A DNA stretch of 64,000 nucleotides. Origin: Amoebophrya sp. A120 (lineage: Eukaryota; Protista; Dinoflagellata). Every line of letters begins with the position of its first letter. Position 1 is the stretch's first letter. A program made the translations under genes and the position numbers. Shown here in pieces: positions 24,803 through 36,100 of this stretch. The notes under the pieces were generated by a model. The model made no database searches and was not told where the DNA came from. It saw nothing but the letters and a program-made list of their open reading frames with translations. The stretch lies in NCBI GenBank assembly GCA_905178155.1, contig CAJINV010000002.1, positions 4,277,651 through 4,341,650 on the forward strand, written 5' to 3'.

Positions 24803-26824
24803 TTAGAACGCCTCGTCGTCCTCCAGGTGGGTATTCGTGTCCGCGCTGCCACCACCCGACTTGTCGCCACCACCCGGCTGCTCCGACTTCTCGACCCTGT
24901 TCAAGGTGTCCTTGGCGTTCGAAAGGGTCTTCAAGTACGTCTTGTCCGACTCGAGTCGGATCGGGGCGTAGAAAAACATGGCTCCCGATCCCGTGGAAGG
25001 CTGAGTGATTTTTTTTTGTGTCTTTATCATTTTTCTTGCCCTTGCACTTCTACCTTATCTTGACACCAGTCGTGAGCTTGTAGCTGCTGGTGCTACTGCT
25101 GCACCTGCTGCTGCAGGCGCAGCTGCTGATGTCGATGTCCATGTTGAAAATGCGCATCACAAATTTCATGTTTCAAAACCAAAAACGAAAACCTCAAAAA
25201 TATACCATCACAAATTTCTTCATCGTAATTTGCAAGCTGTCGTCCGCGACCTTGTTTCCACTCGCCCCGGATTTCTTTGCCCACTTCCATCTCATGACCA
25301 AGTATTTGCTCGGGAAGGGGTAGTGCCGCGCAAAGACGTACTGATAATCGCCGCCCATCTTGATGTCCCTAATATGCATTGCAAAAGTATCGCGCTGCTT
25401 CTCGTTCCTATTCCTGATCCAGAAGCAGAATCAGAACTACTACCAGATCCACATCCACGCCCAGACCGAGTTGCGCTTGCAGTCCCTGTAGCTGTTGCTG
25501 TTCTACTTCCACGAGCGCATCCAGTTCCGGACGCAGATCCGCATCCAGATCCACTACTATCAGCATCACAGCAAGGACTAAGGCACAAGAACAGAAAACG
25601 ACACTGATGCATCTATATCTCTAGGTCTACGTTAGTACTTGCAAGGGCACGATATTTTTGCACAGGATAGGTCAAGGGAAATTGCAGTTTGGAAATCGGA
25701 AAAGTGGTTTCTCCCGTCATCTCCGCTTCGGACAGCTCGTACGCCTGCACGTCCAGTTCCAGGAGGTGCCGCAGCTTGTAGTGCGTCGCGTCGGGATCGT
25801 TCGGCTTTGTTACCTGGCACCACGTCGGGCTGCTGGCTCCTTTACGGTTGAGGTACTCGAGGGATTTTTCCTTCGCCGATTTCCCCGCGACCAGTTGCTG
25901 GTACGCCTTGGCCTGGCTGGCCTTCTTCATCGAGTCCGTTGCGAGGGCCCGCCCGTTTCCGCACAGGTGCTTGACGGCAAACTTGTACATCTTCATGCCC
26001 GTGAGCGTCGCAAGCATCTCCTGGTCCTGCTCTTCGAGGTGGTCCATCAGTTCTTTGTAGTTCGGCGCGGTGGAAAAGTCGAATCTGGTACTCTTGTTGT
26101 TCACGTCCCCGTCGCTGTTTTTCACCCCATCGATCTCCTCGTCGTTACCGTCCGTCTGGTCTGGCTCATCTCCCAGTTTGGAGAGCTCCAGGCGGGCATA
26201 TTCCTTGTCCAGAAACTTCGTCAGATCGAAAGACTGGTTTTTCGACACCATTTCCAAAAGCACAGAAGTGCAATTAGACATCGCAGCCACGTTTGCCCCC
26301 TGTTGAAATTTTTATGCTTCTTCGGGACTTGGCTTACGTATACGTTAACGTTTGGGTCTAGGTCGGTGTTTTTGTCGAGCATGAACGACAAATGCAAAAA
26401 AAAATCCGAATACAGCAGCTACTTGCACTTGCAGTCTGACACGCAGAAATAGTTCTTCTTCTTGCGCGAGGGCAAGGCAAAAAAAAATTCTTACGTCCTC
26501 GGCCGCAACCTCGGAGGCAATCACCGCGTCGCCCGAGCAGGTTTTCCTCTTTTTCGTACCCGACTCCCCGTTTTTGTCCTCCCCAGCTCCAGCGGCATTT
26601 TCCTCATCCACGTCCATGGGGTCGTCGTTCAAGTCCAAGTCCAGATCCGCATCTACTTCTTTATTCTTCTTCCCCTGTTTCTTGCACATCTTCTTATTCG
26701 CGTTGGAAGAAGCAGCGGCACTGGAATTGTTGTTCTTGTTCCCCTTTTTGTTCTGGTTTTTCTTGTTCGACGATTTGTTGTTCTCCTCATCATCCTCTTC
26801 CTCGGGGGGCAACAAGGTCTCCAC
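24803..26824 (-). CDS. Hypothetical protein, multi-exon, 5' end lost in or beyond the gap
   Basis: Coding-like segments ~26460-26824, 25670-26270, 25235-25367 and 24803-25000. Removing 25373-25669 plus 5 nt joins QFPLT-DIKMGGDYQYVFARHYPFPSKYLVMRWKW. The other junctions are unresolved. Confidence 0.5.
25373..25669. mobile_element. Aged TIR introner-like element (TGCAAAAGTATC family ends, low-complexity interior)
   Basis: TATGCATTGCAAAAGTATCG...CGATATTTTTGCACAGGATA; DR decayed (CCTAA/GGTCA); frame restored on minus strand. Confidence 0.75.
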
Positions 26825-26969
26825 CTTCTTGGACTTGTTGTTGTTAGCAGCAGCACCCTTTCCCTTACCGTTGCCGGTCTTGTTGTATCAATTTCAAAAA
26901 TAGCATCGCGCAAGTAGTAGCACAAGCACTAGTAGTGACAGTTATATGCTAAGCAAGTGCAAACGCAAC

Positions 26970-27069
26970 NNNNNNNNNNNNNNNNNNNNNNNNNNNNNNN
27001 NNNNNNNNNNNNNNNNNNNNNNNNNNNNNNNNNNNNNNNNNNNNNNNNNNNNNNNNNNNNNNNNNNNNN
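26970..27069. other. Assembly gap
   Basis: 100 N. Confidence 0.99.
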
Positions 27070-28789
27070 ATCAGCAAGCGCAGATGGTCTTCGTTCCTGC
27101 TGTCACGACGCTCTCGCTCGAGAAGGTCCAACGCCGGCAGGGTGTGGTTTCCGCCGACCTCCCGGAAGCGATTATTAATCCAAGTGTGCCAACTTTCCGG
27201 AACGGCAGATGAACGCTGACACTCAAAAACGCGTTCCTCAATCCAACTGTTGATGGTATCCGCCGAGGGAAACGGAATCCAGGTATCGGGAACCGCTGCG
27301 GAGGCAAGAACCCGTGCTCGATTGGTGACCGCTTCCGCGCTGATTGACCGCTTTGGGTTCAAGGGCTCCGGTTCCGGCTCGGGTTCAGCAAGTTCCGGGA
27401 AGATGAATCGCGGAGTCGGCATTCGCGGACGGGATTGCTGGTGTCGCGCTCAAAGCGTACGTACCTCGGTAGGCGACAGCAAGTGCAAGAGCAAGAGCAA
27501 GTCCAAGTGGGAACCGACGCACGAAGCTCTCCTCACCAGCTAATTTATGAAAATGAAAAAGAAAAAGCGAAAAAAGATGATGACGCAGCATCAGAGTTCG
27601 ATGCAGTTCTTTGCTGCATTTACCGAACTCGTTCGCGCGTGTTCGGTCGGAGTTTGTCTTTGTTTCATGCCATAGCCATTTAGTTTTTAGCTTTAGGGTG
27701 TGAATGAGATCCAGACGCTCCGTATGTCAATAACACGAGATAGAAGAAGAAGAAAAGTAACACTCTACCACTAAGAAAAGGAAGATGCGAAATACTGCTA
27801 CTAATACCAGTAACAATACTTGCTTACGTGCCTGCATCTGTTTCTGTGTTTATTTCTAATAATTCTCTGTCTATTTGTATTGCTAATTCTATTTCTAATT
27901 CTGAATCTGAATTCTGAAAAGCGCTTTCGCATAGTTGATATAGATATTCCCAAGGGAAGTGGAAAATCACAAACATCATTGAAAAAACAAAAAGACCGGC
28001 TTTCAGTAATGAGCTAACACTACTCCCGGGGTGCTGGAATCAAAAAAAAAAAATCATCTCATTTCTCTCGCCATCTCAAAGCCCGCTCATCATCGCCAGA
28101 AAAAAAAAAACGCTCTCAACCTCCGCTATGGCTATCGCTATCCCTGCGACGAAACTGACATTCAAAAAAACGGGAACGGCCTACACCGGGGAACAAAAAG
28201 CTCCACAACAAATCATAGCAGCCGCGCACTGTTTCGCGCTTGCGCTCCTACAACTATCCTCGAAACGAGGTACATTCGCGCCGACAAGTGCTTTTGCTTT
28301 TCCGAATCTCTTCTGTCTGTCGTTGGCTCTCAGGCTCAACGTTGGTTCTCAGGTTCAAAGAAACAGCTTGTCACGGATTGCTGCTCGCCTGCGTGTTGCA
28401 GCTGCGACTGCAGCCTCTGTGTATAGTGCTTCGTGTGGAGTTTGAGTTTGTGTATTGTTATTGTATTTGTATTCTTACTAGTCATAAACTGCAGCTCCAT
28501 CTGGTTTTTCCTTCACCTCTTTCACCACCTCCCCGACTCACAACAAAGCCGCCATCCCATATTCATTTTTCCCCGACACCGCAACCGGTATTTATGTTCG
28601 TCGACCGATAGGAGGTAGTGACCCACCGCCGGGATAATCTTCGACTCACCGAAAACGAACATTCGATGGCAAGAGTTATTGTGCTCTGCCCATGCACACA
28701 CTATCAAAAACCCGCACCGAAGCTCAGCAGCCACTGGGTTTGAAGCCGCCATTTCTTCACCGAAAAAGAAGAAAAATATTTTGCATGAC

Positions 28790-28861
28790 AAAAATAATAT
28801 TCTGATATAAGGATTTTAGGAACTACCGTAAGGTTGAAATCTGGAATAGCGTCCCCCCATA
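28790..28861 (-). repeat. Inverted copy of the 16057-16130 repeat
   Basis: GGAACTACCGTAAGGTTGA...GGAATAGCGTCCCCCCATA, with GCATGACAAA adjacent. Confidence 0.75.
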
Positions 28862-30104
28862 ATTCATGCGAATCAACTTCATTATTATGCCGTTTCATCT
28901 CGCTGGCTAAGCTTTTTTCTCTGTTCTTGCTCGACAGAAAACGTAGCCTCTTCACTATAGCTATACTGAAAGTGGTCTTATTTGTTTTCTTGCCACGACT
29001 CTTGGAGTGTTTGTCTTTGTGTTGTTTTGTACCTATCCAACCGAATAAGTTGTCTATTTCCACCCATTGCTGCACGACATTTCTATGCTTTTTCAATCAC
29101 GGATAGTTTCCATCAGTAACAATATCCCTAACCAAGAACGTGAACGCAACACAGCACAAGTCGGACTAGCACAAGATTCTTGTTGTAGTTCCGGCGTTTT
29201 GCTTTCTTTGCAGGATCCGACTATTTTTTTTAATCAAAAAATTTAGAAAAAACAAAAAGGCGCCGCGTTGGCATTATACTTATAGTAGTCACCCATCATT
29301 ATATTAAGCGTCCCAGAAATAGCAATACACAGCTTTTCATCGTAAAGCTGCTAGTACCCGGCAATAGCACGACGTCCGAAAGTTTTTTTTTACATTAGCG
29401 ACTAACACCAGCTTACTACACACAGCACGACATTTTTTTAATCGAGAGGAGTTCTCGTGACGAACTTCCACCTTTGTGTCTCGAAAATTTTCTACATTTA
29501 GTACAAACAGCTGCACCTGCAGCAAACATTTTGTACTACGAAAGAAACCGAGACTTGACGGCACGACCTCGAGCACAGCAGCTCAACAGATATCTTTACC
29601 AGATAACGTAGGATAGTATCGCAATATCAGCTGCAGGAGATTTTTACGTTTTACTTAGCGAATTTTCTTTGAATGTTGTATAATTTATTTCAACCCGTTA
29701 TTTTGTCATACCTGAAAACAAGCGAGTACAACACAGCAGTCTATTCAACATTCTGGAGGACCTTTGTTTTAACTCGACGTCCTTCGAGATACGCTAACAA
29801 GGTCTCTTCACTGAATGCAAGCAAATAGTTCTTGACACTTTTAATTTTTATTTTTTTCAAAACGCAAAGCACTTCTATATGCAGTGGTTTTAGTAGCTTC
29901 TTGTCTCTCTTTATTGTACAATTATCCAGGATTACGTAGCACTAGGAACAAGCAAATCAGAACATCCAGACGGGAGCTGCAACTCACAGTGAGCAACCGT
30001 ATCAAGAACATCGACGAGCAATTTCTTACCAGCACAAGGGAAGAACGAGCAGCACTTCATCCCCGACTCATCTTCATCGGAACGTCGAAGAAATAAATGG
30101 AAAA

Positions 30105-33100
30105 ATGATCCACGGGCAACATCAAGGAGCAGGCTCTTACCCTGCGACGGCCTATGGCCATCGGCAGTACGGAGGTGGGTACAACAGAGCGAGTGGACAG
30201 GACTATTACTCTCAACCTCGTCGCGAAATGCATGTACACCAACATCATGCAGGAGGTTCATCAGGCCACCATGATGGCGAGCAGTTACAGCACCAGCCGC
30301 CCCGTGGAGGTTCTCGTCCTCCTTTGGTTCTTGTGGAGAACAATCAACTAGAACTACCTTCACATATCCAAGAAAAAAAGTGTGTAAGTGTAACTTTTTT
30401 GCAGGGACAGCATCACAGACTTGTTTTGCATGACAGAGAAAACCTGTCATGCGCAGCTAGTACGCGAAGACACGTACGAAAATAGCCTCTGATGCACATC
30501 CGGCATGACAAGTGTAAGTGTATTGCAGCGTCTGCAACACAAAGTTACACTTACACAGTTTTTTTCTTGCATATCAGAGGACGATCGAAGCCCGACGACT
30601 GGACGGAAGTTATCCGGGAAGTCGTTGTTGTATGAACTGCAAAAGTATCGTACTCGTATTGCAATCATGCATTACAAATCCCTTTCTTCAGCTAAATCTG
30701 CATTACAAATTTCATTTCTCATGCTGCAGAAATTTGTATTGCATTTATACGAATACGATACTTTTGCAATGCATATGCTGTTGAAGAAATTGACCGAAGA
30801 AGCGCAGCGGCTGCAAGAAGGACGGTCTGGGGCAGCTGCGGGGCATATTAACAAGGCGGATGTAGTACACCATGCTGACCGAAATGTTGAGTCGAAGTCA
30901 TCTACGACGAGTGCGGCTGCGGGTACTTCCACCTTTACTTGCTTATTTTATTTTGGATTATTTTTTTTTATACAGTTTTGAGTCTTGATCTTAGCACTTT
31001 TCTTTCAGGTCGTTGTCGTATTCCTCAACAAACAAACTTTTTCAGGTCGTAGAAGCACAAGAGATGTTGACCTCCACACGGGCGTGGTCCCTTCTGCAGC
31101 AGGAGCACCAGCAGCCCAAAAATATCCGCCCGGGCTGACACCAATGAGCACTCAGGGTGGAAATGAAACGCCAAACTTCAAAAATATGACGAACTACAGC
31201 AGCTATGGAGACTACACGAATAAATTTTCGAACCAGTACAAGAGCCTTGCTGGTCGTGTAAGTTGTGCGGATAATTCTTCATCTCCCTCCTTCAGAAACG
31301 AGGTTGCGCAGGAGCAGGCGCGCTTCTACTACACAAATAGTCGGGTAGAGGAGGATCAACAAACCCAGCATTCCGTGCACCGAAACGGTTATGGTACTGC
31401 TCGGAGGGAGTATCAGTATGAGCATCTGCAGGATGTTGCACATGGGCCAGCAGAAGTCGCTGCTGTTCCGGTGCTGGTTCCGGTCGGTTGTGCTGGTGGT
31501 CCAAAGCATGATCAGGACCATCAGCACAACTTTCATCATGATCGGAATCGAAATCGGTATCATGACCGACAGGAGCGCAACTACGAGATGAACCTCCACC
31601 AGAAGCGCCCTACGAGCTCCTCCCTCCTAACTCCGAAGTTCGCGGCTTTTGCCGAGCCGCCACAGCATTTTTATGGGGGCAGCGAGGTAGTAGATCACGC
31701 TAGTTGTAGTATTTCTCACTACAGCTCGGGAGGAGGAGGAAGTGGCCGGGGAGGAGCAGGACAAAACCAGGCGGAGGAAATGCTGGATGAACGACGTGAA
31801 GATCTTACCAAGAGGAATTTTGTCTGCGGCTGAAAAATTCAAAAATTTACTTTTGCGGCGGCGCGAGGCCGCCTTTATTCCTGTTACTGGGAACAAGACT
31901 GCTGCCCGAAACGTCCCACAGTTGCGACTTCCCCTGCTAAACCAGGACACTTCACGCGCGAGATGGCGGACACTGGGGAGTGCGTCACTGCGGGGAGGGC
32001 TCAAGAGTATTGAAGGCCTAACTCTCTTGCGTTTCTCGTTCTTCACTACCTTTCTCTGGGCCTCTGAAGGAGATCAAAAAGGGCAACTCCGTAGTCCGGG
32101 CCGGGCCTTCCCGTCCGGGGCCAGGGGGGTCGCAATGTTGGGCAAATGGTGGGGGTGCAGACAAATTTCTGGAGAAGCCAAAACCGCATTGGTAACTGCT
32201 CTCCAGAAATTTGTCTGCAGCTCCGGTAGGGGGGTAGTCCTGAACACCCTCTCTGGTGGGGGTGCAAACAAATTTCCGGAGGGTCAGCCCGAATCCTTAA
32301 CACTAAGAGGCCAGAGGAGCTGGAGCAGCCGAGGGGTGGAGAGCCGGGCCTGCCGGGGCAGGAAGGTAGAAACGCGAGAAGCGGACCATGGCCAGCTACC
32401 GTGGGCGAGGTGCTTCCCTCTGGCGGAGTCCCTGTTCAGCAGCATCGCAGCCTCCGAGGCCGCCGGCACTAGGACAACCCAGACTGCTTTGCCGTTACGC
32501 CCAAAAACAAAATTTTTGAATTTTTCAGCCGCAGACAGAATTCATGTCGGTAGATCTAAGTAGAACGGAGGAAATGCTGGATGAACGACGTGAAGATCTA
32601 AGTAGAACTACACCTCGCAGCAATAGCAATGTGAATGTTAGAAATTATCACGACACGTCTTCGACCAGCAAAAAACGTGCTGCCCAGAGTTCTTTGCGGC
32701 AAGGCGAGTACAACGACGAGAACCAGCACAAAAGTCGCAGCAACTACGGCATTAGTCACCAGGACCCTAATTGTAACACCCTGACGCCGACGGGACGCCT
32801 CCCTGCGGCGTTGAGTACCCCCGGGACCCGGCAGCACAGAAAGGATGTTGGTGAAGTCAACTATAGTTCCGGTCGGAGGAGCATCACGCCACCTCACAAT
32901 TATAACGGAATCGACGACGTACACGTAGTTCTTCAGACTGGTCAGGCAGCTCATCAGCAAGTGCAACAGCACACAGCGTACAACGGGTACTACCGGGAAG
33001 ATCGACGTCATGAAGATAGTATTGCCGTATATTACGGTGGTGAGCGGACCACGAATATGGACAAGGGCATGGAAGTACAGGGTCAGCCCCGTGGCAGTCC

Positions 33101-36100
33101 CCTGGTCAACAATAATGGACAAGACCACGCTAGTGCTATCAACGGAGAACATCAACCTTATCAATCCCTATCAAACAATAACAAGCCGCAGCGGTCTCGG
33201 TCGGGAAAGATGGAAAAGACCAGTCAGATGCGGGTGCAAGAGGAGTTTTTGTCCCGGAACGGTGCAGGGGGACGCAATAGAAACGGGTCGCTGCACGCTA
33301 GTCAGGTACTTGAGTAGTCATTTTTTCTTTTCAGAACAAAGGCTGCAGGTTTTTTTTTACTTCTAGTTGTAGCGTGAGCGAAGTTTTTGATGTTACACTA
33401 GAACTGCTAGTTTCCAGATCCTATATACTAATTTGTACGCAAGTTGTAGTGCAAGAGCGGTTCTCTTGCAGCTTTGAAAACCGAAACACCAACCACTTTT
33501 GTCTTTTCACCACAGGCCACGTACACTTCTCCCTCTCTTTCGGGGATCATAGTACCGAAAACCGACGACGCCAAAGATGAACAAGAGCGGGGGCGGCAAG
33601 GGACGAAGAACCATGGCCAAGAGCTGCTGTACAACGGCGAGAAAGAAGTCGAAAAAAACTCCGACTTCAACCGATCTCTGTGGAAGTATTGGCAGAAGAT
33701 GGAGGGCGGGAACAAAGGAGGTGAGGAATTGAACACTAACAGCACCACGACCAGTAGTTCGATCGCTGGTCGGCCTGGAGGCCGCGCGGAAGATGCACTA
33801 GTAGCTGAGCCAGCACCTGCCGCTGCTTGTTCACCTTCGGGTCATGATTTCCACCAACCGCAAGAAAGTTTTGGAAACTCCGCTTCCATGACGACAGCGG
33901 CCAAGCAGTCGAACGATCCATATGAAAGTGCCCCTGCGTTGTACCGAAGTGGTCCGCCCAATCATGAACAACCAGCACAACAGCAAAACTATGCACAACA
34001 TCAGCTTCAGCATCACGAACAAACACAGCACCATCCGGATCTGATGCAGATGTTTACAGAGCAGCAACAGGCGCACAAGATGCAGGGTGGGATGAACACA
34101 AACACGCAGCTGATGTATCAGGGGCAGCACAGCGACCGGGGCATCTTCAATGGTGCAGCTTGTTACACTGCTCCAGCAGTCGCGGGTATTGTACAAGAAC
34201 CCTATCAGGAACAACCTCGGTTTTACAACAACTACGGCGGCGCGGGCGACGGTACAACAACTAAGGCTTACAACGGTGTTGATCATGGTGCGATGTATTC
34301 CGGAAAAAATACTTCGAACAACTACACATCCTCGACCGGAACAACAAACGGCTATGGTTCTACATTCGCAGTTGATAATACGCGCTACGGCTACGATCAA
34401 CAGCACGGGAAAACGATGCATCAGCTCGCCCTGCACGAACAACAAGAACAACAAAAAGGTGGCATGAACACTAACTACACGCATCTTCCCACGACTTCCG
34501 CGCATTTTCCGACGTACGATCATACCGGTTACAATAATCCGGCTTTCATTGCAGCAGGGAGACATCATCAAGCTGAGAGTGGGACGACGACCAAGACGAA
34601 TAAAGGCCACGCTGTGCTGACGAGCGAGTTCATGATTTCCAACACAGGTTTTCAACAATCCAATTTTTACCAGCAGCCTACTACCTTCGGTACGAAGAAT
34701 TATGCACCAGGAGCTGTTGGAAAACACGACAAAAGTTTATTTTCCAAAGGCAGTAAAAACTCCTCGTCTTTCTACACATCTTCAAAAGTCGGCAGCAAGA
34801 AAGGTGGCTTCTTTGAACAGCACCAGCAGCAGAGCTCCTTTCATCAACAACATACGGTGGGCGCTAAGTCAGTCGCTGTCGGTCAACAGCGATCTAAGTC
34901 TGCAGCTGCGGGTGGTGGAGCTGCGACCACGCCGGGTCAGTATAAAGGTAAAGGGAGTTCTTACAACGTGCAGCACGGCGGGTCTACTTCGGTTACAGCA
35001 GGAGCAGCGCACCAGCACGGGAAGAGCAACTACACGTCGCTACAACCTTCTGGGTTTTACTACAACAAGAATGGGCATTGGGTGCCCCAGCAGCAAACCG
35101 TGACTGCTCCTCAACATCATGACAAAGACGGCCTCATACACCATTCTTGCGACAACGTCAATCGCAAAAGGAAGGCCAGGTCGGTCGCGTCTGGCAGCAG
35201 TAGCATAGCTGGCAGTAAAAGCGCCCGCGCGAGGAGAGGCTGCAGGGGTCCAACAACTTCTAGTACAGAAGGGAAAATAAAAGGCGAGTCTTCATCTTCA
35301 ACGCAGCTGCCGACTTCTTCAAGCGGAGGTCTGCCTAGTACTTCTGAGAGGCAGACCAGTGACGAACGCGTTATTGCGAAAGATCGAGCAGCTCCCTCTG
35401 CCAGTGCAGTGGAGGATGATGTTGAAGTTGATGAAACCAGAGCCAGATCGCGTGTGAAGGTGGAACAAGCTGCAGTAAAAATCTGTGGCTCTCCATCAAC
35501 CAAGAAACGCGATCAACAGATGATGAACATCAGTCGTCTGCTGTCTGAGCAGCAGCGCAGCACGAGCGCTACTTCATCTTCCTCCAAATCCAATGACAGT
35601 GACCCCGTTCTTTTGCTAAACGAGTTTTGGAAGCGACAAACCTCGAAGCTCTTTTGGTGCACGCAGTCGGAGCCACGGACGAGCGTCGATGATCAAGCAA
35701 ACGACAACCCATTTTTGGCGAATAATATTAGCGGTAATAATTTGCTGCAGAAAGTGAAAGACGGGGGTGCAGGAGCCGCACAACAGCTCGTGGCAGGTGA
35801 TGGTGGAGAAAATAACTTTTCCGGCACGACACCAGAAGGAGGAGCCGACGACGCTCTCCCGAAGCTGACGAAAAACCAGCAACGACGGAAAAAAAGGAAG
35901 GAAAAGTATCAAGTGTAAAAATGTCTGGGTCTGGAAGGTTGAAACTTGTGATGCGCATTTCAGAACACAGAAAAATCTCTCATGCATAGGCAGCAAAAGT
36001 TGCCAATTTTTTATCACCAAAGTCAGGGATTTGTCATGCGGATTCGGCATTGCGAATGCGAACGCTTCTCGAAACTTGTGATGCTAGAGCTTCCATGCCA

